Shown here piece after piece: positions 35,651 to 49,990 of a DNA stretch of 64,000 nt; positions within the stretch are counted from its first letter, which is position 1, and each line of letters starts with the position of its first letter. Source of the DNA: Octopus sinensis (taxonomy: Eukaryota); contig NC_043003.1 in the NCBI RefSeq assembly GCF_006345805.1, positions 92,752,001 through 92,816,000 on the forward strand. Reading direction: 5' to 3'. The notes under the pieces were generated by a model that saw only the letters and a program-made list of their open reading frames with translations, was not told the DNA's origin and did no database searches. The position numbers and the translations under genes were made by a program.

Positions 35651-38164
35651 TACCCAAAGCTCAAGTATGTCATGCTTTTGTAAATTAACAATCAACCAGC
35701 TGGTACTTCAATAACTAAACAAACTAGACTCCTATGTACATAATATAAAACTTCATTCCTCCACATGTAACCTAAATACCTTGAGCTAAACTTGTATAAC
35801 TTCTATGAAACAGACTTTTATTGTTGATACAACAGCACAGACACAATAGCTACAAGAACTCAACAACATTACAAATCACCAACACAGTGCAGTATAATAC
35901 AGTCAACAAAAGTGTTAAAGGTGGGTGTTAAAGTGGTGGTGGTAGCATTGACGGTTGTCAATAAAGTGGTGGTGGTAGCAATGCTACCATCACCACTTTA
36001 ACACCCACCTTTTTGTGCATACAGAGGTAGGACAGAATTTGTTGAGGTAAATTTTTTTATGGCAGGTTGCTCTTTCTGTCATCAATCCTCATCAGTTTCC
36101 AAGTAAAGTAATATTTCCCTATGACCAGATATTGTTTCCATAAATGACCGGAGATGACCAACACTTATATGATGGTAACACTCCTTTACAGTTATTGCAT
36201 GATGTCAAGGCAAGGAGACACACCAGCACACACACACACATCAACAGTGATGATTCTGCTGTACCAAGAAACTGGTAAAAAAAAAAAAAATCATCACCCT
36301 TAAAGCCAAACAAAAATCCAGTTAAATTAATATCAAAGTGACCCATCACCTTCTTTTGCACACCTTCAAAAGTCATATAAAACATCCTAAACATTACCAA
36401 CCTAATATGAAAATCAGAGTATGACACTCAACCATCACACTGCTTACTTACCAAAATCATAATAATGATTTGGTAACATGCACTGAACATCTGATAATTA
36501 TTTTGGGTGACCATAAAATGCAGACAAGTATTCTTTCAATTTTCCTACCTACCTAAGAGAGAGAGAGAGGGAGGGAGGAGGGAGAGACAGAGAGAGAGAG
36601 AGAGAGAGAGCTGCACTAGCAGTTGGCTGGTTATCATTTTCAGCATGCATCCACACACAAAACAATTTAAAATCCAAAGATTAACTACCCAATACTGCTT
36701 TGACTCAGCTCACATTTGCTGTTTTCCCTGTCTGTCTCACCTACTGCAACGACCAACCTCTAATCTATCATCAATATCACTGGGAAAGGTATGACCATCG
36801 ACACTTCACATTTTCCTTCCCTTAAAATGTTGAGGTTTTAATAGCTCATCAAAGACTCAATACCATTTCTACTGCTAAGATACCATAACTGGACAAGGCA
36901 TCACAGTAAACTTACAAATATATATATATATATATATATATGAAAAGAAAAAAAAACCCACTACTAATTGCTACATTAAAGTTAAAAATTGCCAGACAGA
37001 TGCTAGCATAAGGTGAAGATTTCAAATTCTGCAATAATCACTGTTGCGCCTTTAGTTCAAGTGTGTTCTTTACCTTCTCATAAAATTTAGCTAAATATAG
37101 TACATAGTTAGCACTCAGTTAATAATTAAGTTGCAAATTTAAGGAAAGACATAAGCTCTTTTAATATGAAGTGTTAGACCAAGAGTTTTCCTTTTTGTTT
37201 TTCTTAAACAACACTTGTCTCAGCTTGTTCAACAACAAATCAAGTGGCAGCGTAATTAATATCAGTCTTACTAGTTGACACATAAGCAAGTCAGACTGAC
37301 CTTGTTAGTGTTTACAGCTACGAGGGATCCTCTGTTAGTTTCTCTGAGAAGCATTCAGTTATTCACTCAACTGAATGCCTATGCAACAGGCTTCACACAG
37401 TTTCCAGGCTAAGGCATAGCTGTGTGGCTTAGAAGTTCACTACATGGTTACAGGTTTGGTTCCACCGTGGGCATGCTGTCAGCTGATGTACTCTTTTATA
37501 GCCAAAGATTGATCAATACTTTCTAATGAAATTGGTAGATGGAAACTAAAGAAGCCTAGTGAGTGTATATGTATGCACATGAATAGAGATATAGTGCCAC
37601 ATAAAAAGCACCAGTGATGGTGTCACATAAAAAGCATTGCTGATGACGCCACATAAAAAAGCACCCAGTATACTCTGTAAAGAGGTTGGTGTTAGGAAGG
37701 GCTACCAGCTGCAGAAACCAAACCAAAACAGACTATGGAACCTGGTGAGGTCCCTGGCATTGCCAATTCCTGTGAAGCTGTCCAACATATGCCAGTATGG
37801 AAAATGGATTATGATGAGGATATGTGTGTATATATATATATTTCGTTTGCAAGATTCTTTATTTGAGTGTGTGTTGAAGCATATGCTGTTGTGTCTGGGG
37901 AGAGTAATTTTCTTTTTGTGCCTTATAATTTAACACACTCACCGGTAAAATTTCCAATTATTTCTTATTTTTATTTTCCTAAAATTTTTGTTGCGTCTTG
38001 CAACCTTTCCAATAGTCAAGGCTACTGAAAAGGTTGCAAGATGCAATGAAAATTTTAGGAAAATAAAAACAAAAAGTGCAAATTTTACTGGTGAGTGTGT
38101 TAAATTATAAGGCACAAAAAGAAAATGACTCTCCCCAGACACAACAGCATATATATATATATAT

Positions 38165-38870
38165 ATATCATCATCGTTTAACATCTGTTTTCCATGCTGG
38201 TATGGGTTGGGTGGTTCGACTGGGGTCTGGAAAGCCAAGAGGCTGCACCAGGCTCCAGTCTGATCTGGCAGTGTTTCTACAGCTGGATGCCCTTCCTAAT
38301 GCCAACCACTCAGTGTAGTGGGTGCTTTTTTACGTGTTACCAGCATGGAAGCCAGTCAAGGCGACGCTGGCATCGGCCATGTTCAGATGATGCTTTTTAC
38401 ATGCCACTGGCATGGGGATCACAACTATAATTTCCATTTGATTTTGATGTACTTGACTCAATAGGTCTCCTCAAGCATGGCACCTAGATAGTGGAAGCTA
38501 TCAACTATGTAGTTAGGAATACCCTGACAAACTCTATGACCTATCGCATATCCTGACAACCTATATGACCTTATCCACCCATTCTCCACAAGAAGTATGC
38601 CTACACCCACTACTCCATCCATGTTACCTTGCCAGAAGATTTTATACCTATGTGCCTTGCCAGAAAATTTTATACCTATGTGCCTTGCCTGTGAGGACCC
38701 TAGCTGAAGCTCCTCTCCATCTTACCTTTTGTATGCAGCATACATCGACACGTCTCCTTTCAAGCATCTCTACAATCTCACTAGACCTATCTTTCAGTGT
38801 GCCTACATTGACAGTGCCAACTCTGAAAACTGGGAAAGGAATGTGGGGTGAGGCTTGGGGAGGGGAGATG
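38165..38870 (-). mobile_element. Internally deleted RTE-type LINE (endonuclease start, RT fragment and 3' UTR)
   Basis: RVGTVNVGTLKDRSSEIVEMLERRRVDVCCIQKVRWRG..GVGILL, then IVDSFHYLG, then the RTE 3' UTR and (GAT)n; 28-bp tandem duplication at about 38628-38690. Confidence 0.8.
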
Positions 38871-40074
38871 TTATTCAGTGCCTGAAAAGAAGAGTAAAGT
38901 TGTCATGTTCGTTTTTTAGGTATGCTTCACATGTTCTCACTTCCGACCTGACATCAGTCAAACATTCAAGCATGTTAAGAATGTTGTCCCTACTGGAAGT
39001 AGGAGTATGCGTTATCGGTGTTGTAAGTATAAGCATTATGCCATAAAAAACCCCCCCAAAAAACTGTAAGTTTAAGCAGTATTGCAAATATGGATATTCC
39101 AGTGTTAGATTAAGTAGGGAGTCAGCTAAACTGGTTGCGTTTGTCCAGGAAAAGGGATTGCAGGTATGATGGAGGGTACCATCAGTGAGGGAGGTGTTGC
39201 AGACAGGAAAGAGAGGAAACAAGCTCATCCATACATACACACAAGCACACACATACAGCCCATTAACTTTCTCCTTGACTTGATATGCGCATGGAAAATT
39301 ACTGGGTAGTTGTTGGCCTATTTCTAGATGGAACAAAATGAAAGATAGTTGGTTAAGTAGGTGGGCAGCTAACCTAGTTGCATTTGTCCCAGGAGAGAGA
39401 GAGAGAGAGCATGCAGGTAATATAGAGAACAGTACTGGTGAGCAGGGGGATTGAGAGGAGAGACATCTGGTAATGGTGATGACAAATTTGTAGACAGAAT
39501 GAAACGAAAGATAGCTGAGCTAGTTGCATTTGTCCCAGAAGAAAGAGAGAGAGAAGGAGTGCAGTTAGTATATAGGGAACAGCCAGTGAGGAGGAGGGTT
39601 TGAAAGAAGAGACACCAGGAAATGGTGGAGGGAGGAGAGAGAGAGATATCTGGTGTAGATGGTGAGAAGATAGAGATATCCAGTATTGGTGGTGGGGGTG
39701 GGATAGGGAAGGCAATATACACACACACACACATAAATATAGATTCGCTTGCTTTCTTCCAAAGAATCTAGTGCTCTTAGCATAGATTTCCTTGGGGCCA
39801 GTCAGATTAGAACAGTTTTGAGATTAACTGGCTGAAACTGCAAAGACGATCTGCTTCTCGACTGAAGACAGAAAGCTCTGAATGACCTGTCCTTGTTTTT
39901 TCCTGTCCGTTTTTGTATCACCTACTGTTTGAATGTTTTATTGTCGCTTGTTATGTTTTTGTTCCATTTTTTTTTGGTTTTGACTTTTTATATATACATA
40001 TAGCAGTGTACGTACACTCTTGGTCTCCTGTATCTAAGTACACACACCACACACACACATAGCTTATATATATA

Positions 40075-40126
<52 letters not shown>

Positions 40127-42847
40127 TATATATATAAGCTACCACAAAATGTCATTCAACTGCCCAGTACACAGTGTAACTTAGTTGACATTAGGAAGGG
40201 CATCTGGCCATAGAAACCATGCCAGAACAGACACTGGAGTACAATACAGTCCTTGGACCCATTGGATCCTGTCAAACTGTCCAATCCAAGCCAACATGGA
40301 ACATGGATATTAAATGGTGACGATGATGATATACACCTCTCTCTCTCACATACACTGTGTGAATGAATTCATATTTCCTTCCTCCCCACCTCACTCTTCT
40401 TTATGTGCATTTACTGATTGCAAGCAAAAGCTACCTTACTGTTCACACAAGCAATGTAGATTTGGTGCTAGTTTTCCACATAGTCACATCTGGATTGTTT
40501 GTTGCTTGACAGACAGAGGAATTATTAATTTGCTTGGAAACAATTGAGGACTGGCAGTAGAATTTGAATTCTAAATTCAAATTCGACATTAAATTAATGC
40601 AAAACTGTTATTTGTAGCTTTCTTTTTGCATGTAAGTTTATGAAGAAAGGCCACTTTCCATAGCTTTTGTAGGTTCTTCTACACCTGGTAAGAGGATGTA
40701 GGTGATGGTTAGCTTCTATATTCGTGTGTTCTTGTTTAACCCCAGGAAATTCATGACTGAGCAAACCTATGATTAAAAGTGTTTACCAAGTCTTTTTTTT
40801 TTTCAGCCATAGGATATTAAGGACAGCATCACTGAATGCATCTTTCTTTCCCTAAGGTAGTAGGGTGTGATATGAGGGTTATTTGACTACTATTTTTAGC
40901 ATGTTGTGTAACTACAAAGTAACTCCTTCATGGAATTGCTTTTTGAAGATTGGGTCTCAGAAAGTGTGTGGGCAGGGAATGGATCCAGAAGGATTGCTGT
41001 TCAAGGGTTTTGATAAAGAAGGCAAGCACAAAGTCATTGCAGGTAGCTGTCCATTAAATTCCTCACAGAGTTCATTGCCAACCTTGGTTTTTCTTTTCTT
41101 TCATTTTTCTTTTACTTGTTTCAGTCATTTGACTACGGCCATGCTGGAGCACCACCTTCAAGAGTTTTAGTCGCACAAATTGACTCCAGGACTTATTTGT
41201 TGTAAGCTTAGGACTTATTCTATCGGTCTCTTTTGCTGAGCCACTAAGTTATGGGGACACAAAGATATATATATATATATATATATACATACATACACAA
41301 TGGGTGTCTTTCCGTTTCCATCCACCAAGTTCACTCACAAGGCTTTGGTCGGCTCAAGGCTAAAGTACAAGATCCCACACAGTGGGACTGAACCCAGAAC
41401 CATGTAGCTTCTCACCACACAGACACACCCATGCCGATAGAATTACAGAATCTTTATACATGATCAAAATTTTTACAAATCTTTTGACATCTGACTACCC
41501 CGTAACAAAAGAAAACAAGACTTTAATTGAAAATATCTTTTGTTCAAAAACAAAAAAAAATTAGATAAATAAATAAATAAGAGAAAAACCAAAACAAAGT
41601 TTTTGTTCTTGAATAAATTCTGCTCTTCTTTGTTGTCTTACCAGAGAAATATAGTTCCATGTTATCATACAAACCAAAACTGCATCTCACCCAACATTCT
41701 TCTGTTCTGCATTAGCTTTGCTTTAAAGCCTCGAACCATTAGCATTATTTAATTCCCTAATTTCCATCAGCCTTTCTATTACAGCAAATGCTGCTACTGC
41801 TGCTGGTGTGCCAGTTGTTAGAGATAAAACCTTGCTAGGCAACATGATAAGATAAATGACTGTGAGATATAATACCAACAAACCATGATGCTTTCTGCAT
41901 TTTACCAATTAATCCCTAAGAGACCTGAGAATTTCCTCCACTCCTTTTATCACTGAATTCTAAAATATATATCCTATGTTCATTATATTAGAGATAGGGT
42001 TTCTGTTATTCCAGTTAGCATTTTTTTTATTATCATGACATTTCCATACTTCTTTCTTTTCACACTGACTGATAGTATGTGCCCCAGGATATTTTAGACA
42101 TGCTTTTGCTCCAGAGTCACATGAGAACATAATCTTACAACTTTAAACATTCCGGGCTTCTCAATTACTTGGCAAAGGAGAAAAAAAAAAGTAAATCTCC
42201 AGCTTTCTGTTTTTCTATTTACATACATCTAAATTCTAGTTTCCCACAAATCATAGTATCAGATTTTAGATTTAATGACAGTCAAGAAATAGAAACCGTT
42301 GACATTTATGCCTTTCCCAAAGTATTAACATAGCAAGGTCATTTTAAGCAGGAATCAAAACTGGCTGCAGAAACCCAGGAACAAAATACTGCCATAAATT
42401 AACAATGGATCATGAACTAGTCTACACTCATTTCAATTGTTTAGCTTTGTTTTTAGTAAATATTCGACCAAAGTTATTACAACTTTCCTCATTCTGCCTT
42501 TCTCTATATCTATGATGACACTGTCCTTCCTGTTTTAAAATGTTAGCATGTGTGCTAATCAAACAACTGTTTAGACAGTTTTCATTTATTCAGACGTCTT
42601 CTACTGTATCATCATTGAAGAAGCAGGAAATACAAGTAAATAGAATAGGAAATAGTCAGAGTACTAGATGAAACGAGAGATATATGAAACCACCAATAGC
42701 AATGTAAGTGTGCCATCTTCAACCATTGATGAATTCATTAAACATTTATCTAAAATTTACCCCAAATTAGCATAAGTTTATGTAACTTTATTTCCCATTC
42801 CAGGTGAATTCACTTGAATTTCAGGAGTTAAGTACACTTATACTGAC

Positions 42848-42927
42848 CTTTCATGGCCATCAGAGATTTCTTTGTCATTAATGGGGCGACACCTCACAAC
42901 AACCTTCACAGACTCCGCAGATTTGGA
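42848..42927 (-). CDS. KIF3B: Kinesin-2 coding exon 2 ([27 protein letters not shown])
   Basis: Kinesin N-terminal VKVVVRCRP motif; ttcag| acceptor and |gtcagt donor; 80 nt, phase 0 to 2. Confidence 0.95.
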
Positions 42928-44101
42928 CTGAAAGCAAACAAATTTTAAATTGACAAATTGAACCAGTTCCCATTATACATATATAGTTTAATTAGAGAAT
43001 ACATTTATAATGACCTGCAGAAAAACAGTTCAGCTGAAAACATCAAATATATATCAACAGAACAAAACTTCTTGAAAATACCAGACTTCAAACCTCATAT
43101 ATTAACCAGCCTCTTGCTTTTACATTACAAGTGGGGTACTTAAATATGTAAAAGACATCAGGTGGGGGAAATCATAGCTATCTTTTAACCATGGTTCTAA
43201 AGCAGATTTTTAACCAATGTATGTACTATTTTTCAATACTTTATTTTTTCATTAAAGATGTCATTACAAAAAAGATAAAATATGATCTTCATTTAATTAA
43301 AACACACACACACATAAAAAGACAGAACTCTATATAGTATATTCAAGTATTATTAAATTCCAGTTAGGTTTTAATTAACAGAAATAACATTTATTCATGC
43401 TCTTATAACATTAATAGTGGTAAGTGAATCTTCCTTTCACATGGTAGATGGAACTTTCATCAAATCCAACCAGAGGAAGAATTACTTTGATGGAAATATT
43501 TAAGCTGTCATGCATGGATGCCATCGATGACTAAGGAATATTAAAAGGATGTTTCACATCAAACCAACAACACTTCTACAAAATGCAGTAATAATAGACT
43601 ATATATTGATCCTTATGGATCACCCCCTGACACATTGCAACCACCGTCTTTATCTGTCTAGCTCCACCCCGATTACTCCCACCCACTCTTGTACAATGTA
43701 ATTAGCCATGCATCCCCTCTACATTAAGAAATCTGTTCCTGTTTCATTTTGCATATTTTAACCTCCCCATTATCTAACATAAAACTGCCACCCTCCCTAC
43801 TATTGTCCCACTTGGGTAAAGGAGATCTAAAATCATGTAAGCTATAAGGAAACCTCACTGGTGTTGGTGCCATGGAAAAAAAAAGGACCCAGTACACTCT
43901 TTTAAGTGGTAGGCATTAGCAAGTGCATCTAGTTGTAGATACCACAGGAGCATGATGAAGTCCTCTGGCCTGTTGGATCCTATAAAACTGTCTAACTTAT
44001 GTCAGCATGGATGTTAAAAGATGATGATAATGGCAATATTAACTCTCAGCAGTACACCTAGTTGGAGGTTTAGATTCTTTGTTTTATCATGAAATGCTTA
44101 A

Positions 44102-44319
44102 CCCTTTCCTTACTGTATTTATTTTGAGATGCTCTGTGTTTCTTTCAGTTACTTTAAACAAAACAAAGAATTTAGTAAAATAACTTAGTCATCATTCAGC
44201 TAGTGTTAAGAACATAAATTGTGACTAAGGTTTGGTGGAAGATTTTAATTCAAAACTTATGAAAACAGGACATTTATACTCAGAGCGAGCCGGTTTCAGC
44301 TGGGTTGGAAACAAAAGGG
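44102..44319. mobile_element. piggyBac-type TTAA MITE (related copies at about 50146-50366 inverted, 46360-46578 and 20359-20530)
   Basis: TTAA|CCCTTT...AAAGGG|TTAA; body matches 50146-50366 in reverse. Confidence 0.8.
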
Positions 44320-46990
44320 TTAAAGTCGTTATTGATGTCATGATAACCAGCTAAAATGACATCAGTGTATAGTGATTTGCATTTTAGCAATTCAAAGGAA
44401 CGGTAAAACTGATACCAATAAGATCTGATCTCTGCTGTTTCTGGTTTAGGCACAGGGCCAGCAGTTTTTGAGTAGAAGGTGTCAGTTGATAGCACTGCTC
44501 CTAATACTTGATTTGTGCTCAGATCATCAAGTGCTATAATGATCCAGCTACTTTAGCACCCTAATGTTCTAACGATTTTGCCAATTTAGTGTCCTATAAA
44601 CCTGTAATTAATAACAATAATAATTATTTTACTGTGTTTTATTTTAATGCATTTTACATCAGCAAAAACAACACATACTTTTATATTATAATACGTTTTC
44701 TCCTATTTCTAAATTGCAGATGTTTTTGTTATTTTCTCTTTTAGGAAATAATTCAAAAAAGTATATATACTGTTGTGGAGATCAATAAGATAGCTAAAGC
44801 TTATGCTCAAATCAAAAGCTATTGAGAAGGAGTGGCTATCAGATACAATATTTGTAATCATTATGTAATGGTTTTAGGCTTGAGCTCACAGAGATAACAA
44901 ATGCTTTTTTTTTTATTGGTTTTGTGCGGAAGAATGGGTTGTTCATTGGCTTTGCCGCCCTACCTCCTCCTCCTGTAACATATGCTTTCCATGCTGGCAA
45001 GCAGGAGAGCAGGTAGGTGGGCATATATATATATATATCTATATCATTATGTAAAATTATGGTACTTTTTAAAGATTTAATTGCAAACATCTTTAAGTTC
45101 TAGGTAAATTTTATCATGAGCTTCTTTCAGTTTTCATCTACCAAATCCACTTACAAGGCTTAGGTTGGCCCAAGGTTATAGTAGAAGACACTTATATAAA
45201 GTGCTGTGCAACGGAACTGAACCTAAGGCCATATTGTTGGGTTTTTACAGCTGGATGCCCTTCCTAACACAAACCACTCTGAGTGGACTCAGTGCTTTTT
45301 ACATGGCACTAGCAGAGGCGATGTTAGTTTTGGCATCATTTTTATAGTTGGATGCCCTTCCAAATGCCAACCACTTTGAGTGTGAATTTGTTCAATTTCT
45401 GGATGAACTTATGGCTAAATTGTTTCAAATTTTGGCACAAAGCCAGCAATTTTAGCAGGAGGTGGGGCAAGTCAATTACATAATTCCCAGTACTTGACTG
45501 GTACTTTATTTCATCAATCAGGAGAAAACGGAAAGCAAAGTTAACTATAGCAGTGTTTGAACTCAGAATGCAAAGAGCCACTGATTCTGCCAGCTCACTG
45601 CCTTCTATTACAGTTACATAATAAGTTTTAGCTCATCATAGATTTTTATTAAAAACACTATTGGCACTGAAAATATCACTGCCACCAATTAGTTCTGTAG
45701 TTGGCAGCATAAAAGATCTTTAAAATGCTATAATTTGACATACTTTTCCCAGTTAGGTCTCTGAACCACAGTTAGTATTTACATCAGAAATGTGATATAT
45801 TTTAGGTCAGTAGTTTCAAAGTAACGAAGTCATTAAGTGCAGTACATTGCATCTGTCCATCTTATTGAAAAGACTCACAGAAATAGTGAATCATCTTCCT
45901 CATCAACACTAAACACCATCGCTGAATGTTCTGGAGAAGTGATATCATCACCATCATTTAACGTCCGCTTTCCATGCTAGCATGGGTTGGACGATTTGAC
46001 TGAGGTCTGACGAACCAGACTCCAATCTGATCTGGCAGAGTTTCTACAATTGGATGTACTTCCTAACGCCAACCACTCTGAGAGTGTAGTGGGTGCTTTT
46101 ACGTGCCACCAGCACGAGGGCAAGTTTGGTGGTGCTGGAAACAGCCACGCCCATATGGTGCTTTTTACGTGCCACCTGCACAGGAGCCAGTCCAGTGGCA
46201 CTGGCAACGACCTCGCTCGAATGTTTCACATGCTACCAGGACAAGTGCTAGTAAGGGGACGCGGTAATGATCACGATCGAATGGTGTGCTTAACGCGCCA
46301 TCGGCATGAAGGCCAGCTTGTTATTTTGCTAAATTAATTAAAATAAACAGTCTAATAAACCCTTTTGATACCAACCCACTTGAGACTAACCCTAGTTCTA
46401 CGATACAAACTTCCTGTTTTAAAGTGATCTAAATTAGAACCTCCAATCAAAATTTCATGATAACTTATGTTACAAACACCAACTTAAAGACAAAGTTATC
46501 CTACTAAATTCTTCATTATTTTCAAAATTAACTGAAACAAAAGCAAGATATTTTAACAGAAATATGGTAACTAAAAGGTTAGATATAATAGCTTAATTTT
46601 AATTAGTGTAACAAAATTAAAAACATTTTTGATAAATTAATGATGAAATTAATGTTAGCATTTTGAATTTAAATTGTGTTGTTATTTTCACAGAGATCTG
46701 TAATCCATTAATGTGAATAACATTTCCAAAATATCACTGGGGATGAATCTATGGAGCTATGGTGGACAATAATAGTCTTTTTTTTGCCTTTTCTTTTACA
46801 AGTTTCAGTCATTTGACTGTGGCCATGCTGGAGCACCATCTTTAGTCGAGCAAGTCGACCCCAGGACTTATTCTTTGTAAGCCTAGTACTTATTCTATTG
46901 GTTTCTTTAGCCAAACTGCTAACTTACGGGGATGCAAACACACCAGCATCGGTTGTCAAGCGATGTTGGGGGGACAAACACAGACACACA

Positions 46991-47036
<46 letters not shown>

Positions 47037-48126
47037 TACGATGGGCTTCTTTCAGTTTCTGGTCGGCCCGAGGCTATAGTAGAAGACACTTGCCCAAGGT
47101 GCCATGCAGTGGGACTGAATCCAGAACCATGTGGTTAGTAAGCAAGCTACTTACCACACAGCCACTCCTACGCATCAAGTTTCTGCATTTAGATACTCTC
47201 AGACACGGCTATTCAAATTCTATTACAAGGTTATTATCCTTTCTAATACTCTACTAGTTTGTCATACATGTTCCATTTCCTATTCTTACTCTTCTTCTGT
47301 TCATGACTGCCTGATTTGCTGTTTGGCCTTACCAAGTTAAACAAATCTTTCACAGGGTAACAAGTCTTTGGATTGCAAGGTCTATTCTTGATAAAGTTTG
47401 CTGTAATGATCTGCTAGGAAAATCATCATAGTAGGTAAGAATTATAATTGTTTTATGCAAAGTATTCAATAAAACAGATATGGCTTAGCTGATTATCAAT
47501 AGTTCAATTAATAATTTTTCCTAACACATCTGGTTTTTAGTCACGGCATTACTATTATTTTATCTTTTTCCAACTCCACCCAATCACTCTCACCCTTTCT
47601 TCTTAATGTGAGAAGTCAAGTGGCTCCTCTATAGCAAGAAACCTGCTCTGTGCCCTTACACCATACTTTAGTCCCACTTCAGTTGGGGTTCATAGCTCCT
47701 TGGCAATCTCACTAGTGTTGGTGGCACAAAAATGCATCCAGGACATGCTGTAAAGTGGACAGTGTAAGGAAGAGCATCACGTTGTAGAGGTCATGCCAAA
47801 GCAGACACTGGAGTACAATGCAGTCCACTGACCCACCGGATCCTGTCAAACTGTCCAACCCATACTACCATGGGATGTGGATGTTAAATGATGATGATGA
47901 AAAGTGGACATCAGAACAATTTTAAACTCTAATGTGGAGCCATCAAGTACTCCTTAATTATTCTGCTAAATCTAGCATGCAAGGAACTACTAAATGCTCC
48001 TTAATTATTCTACTAAATTTATCATGTATCACCAAACCCCAATCTTCTTTATGAAGATGGCTGTATCTACCTTTTCCAAAACAATTGTAAAAGATGGATA
48101 ACTGAAAATGAAGAATAAATATTCAC

Positions 48127-48129
48127 CAT
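48127..48129 (-). CDS. KIF3B: Kinesin-2 subunit, coding exon 1: start codon only, at the 3' end of a 70-nt exon (48127-48196)
   Basis: Minus strand reads ttttctattgcag|gattatg...caacaaaATG|gtgaat. This gives a pyrimidine-rich acceptor, an AAA-ATG context and a phase-0 GT donor. It joins the phase-0 exon [15 protein letters not shown], which has no Met of its own. Confidence 0.7.
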
Positions 48130-48528
48130 TTTGTTGGATGGAGTCTTTCAATTAGAATGTTATCGCAGTATAGAATCACAGTTGCAATACATAATCCTGC
48201 AATAGAAAATAGACAAAAAAAAATTACAGGTTAGAAAATACATCTTCATACATCATTATAAGGAAATGTATAGATAAAATATTTCAACCACAGATCAAAT
48301 TAGATTCCCCTTATGCTGCAATGCAAGCAGTGCACCAGCATGGTTGTAACTGTGATGCTTATGCAAACTAAATAATGAAGACAATGCTGATCATATGTCA
48401 ATGATAAATGTTAGACATGGTGCTAGAAATGTAGATCATCCTGGAATATCTAATTGGAAACCTTTGCTACATTGGTCTGCTTAAGCAGAGCAAACCACGG
48501 TCACACTATAACAAATGACTACCTAGGA

Positions 48529-48781
48529 CAGTGGTTCTCAATTATTTTTTGCCTATGAACCCCTTTAATTCCTATTTTATACAAGAAAGTAGAGGTCTCA
48601 TAGTCATTTGATGTCTAAAAACTATTATATTTTTAGGATTAAATATTATTAGGAATTGTATAAAAGAAATTCAAAATATTTTGTTTTGTAGAAATATAAC
48701 CAGCTTGTTGCACATAAATTTTAACAATAAAATCTTACATGACCCACCAAGGGTTATATGGACCTTGATTGAGAACCACTG
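48529..48781. mobile_element. hAT (Charlie/MER5-like) MITE
   Basis: 14-bp TIR CAGTGGTTCTCAAT...ATTGAGAACCACTG; TSD not matching. Confidence 0.75.
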
Positions 48782-49499
48782 GTCTTGAGGTTAAACATTA
48801 TAGATCAATATAATGAGGTCTCCTTAAAATGGTCAACTGCTTTGTCTAGCAGCTGATTTTAGCAACATCTCTGTAAATTTTACCATTTTTCTCTCCATTA
48901 TAATTCTACTTACATGCAAACTACATGGTGACCTCACTTGTGCCAGTGCCATGGAAAAAAAGGGAAAAAACAAGCACCCAGTACAGCCAGTAAAGAAGTC
49001 AGGATTAGGAAGAGCCTTCAGTATTATAATCTAAGCCAAAAACAAAATGTACAAGTAAGATGCAGCTCTCCAATCTGTCATTGGTTGGACAGTACAACAT
49101 GTACTGTCCAACCAATGCCAACATAGAAGGTAGATTTTGAAAGAGGATGATGATGGTTTGTCAATTTACAATTTTCCTATTAATCTAGCAATGAACCATG
49201 CATGAGTGTACAGTAGTTGTAGTTGAAATGATATTGTATCATTGTCACTTGATGAAGATGAAAATAAGAAAGAATTAAAATGATATAGAAGTATAGTGTC
49301 AGGTCACTTGTTAGTTTTCGCATGAGTGCTACTGGTAACATGGAATCCAGTACAACCTGTTGCACGGTTGGGTCATCCATTACTAAAATGGCATCCCTAT
49401 TAGGCTTGCTTAGCTATGTCCACAGGACTAAAAACAAGATCTGTCAAAAGGACAGACAAACCTAGTGTAAATTCAATGACTATCTAGCAATTGCATGGG

Positions 49500-49990
49500 C
49501 TCTCAGTAATTCCAGGTTGGTGTCCAGTGTGCTGGAAGGCCACTGAAAACAAGGCATCCCTTAACTTTTGTTAAAACATGTCTCTAGAACTCACTTCAAA
49601 CCAAGGCTACATCCACTCCAATAATCGGAGGTGACTTGGTCAGCAAATCTTCTGAGACAGTTGATAATCTATGGCAAGATGAGCACTATGGATCACACCA
49701 TCCCAAAGTGTGTGTGCATGTAACTGGGTACGACATGTGAACTTGCATTCCCACTGAAACTCCAAACATGAAATCTACATCTGAACAGTGTATGACAATT
49801 ATGGCTACGGCGTTCATGCTATCTGATGTGTTTGCTCTGCCAGTGGAGCACTTGTCAAATTCAACAGCTAGATTTTTGGGGCCGACCATCAGATGTGGTC
49901 AGCATTCATAAGGGATGTGGTGAACTTGTTGGTCAGAGCCAGCTCAACCCACCCTGGGTGAATGCTACCATAATTGCAAGCAAGTAATAT
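49500..49990 (+). mobile_element. Decayed RTE-type ORF2 C-terminal fragment
   Basis: Fragments such as WVRHV and QMWSAFIRDVVN..ASSTHPG resemble RTE C-termini; heavily mutated. Confidence 0.45.

Noticed and set aside
38875-39336. 153-aa minus-strand ORF as a gene
   Set aside because: It crosses a microsatellite and lies in a decayed repeat with a thrice-repeated TAGTTGCATTTGTCCC motif; no recognisable domain or splice pattern
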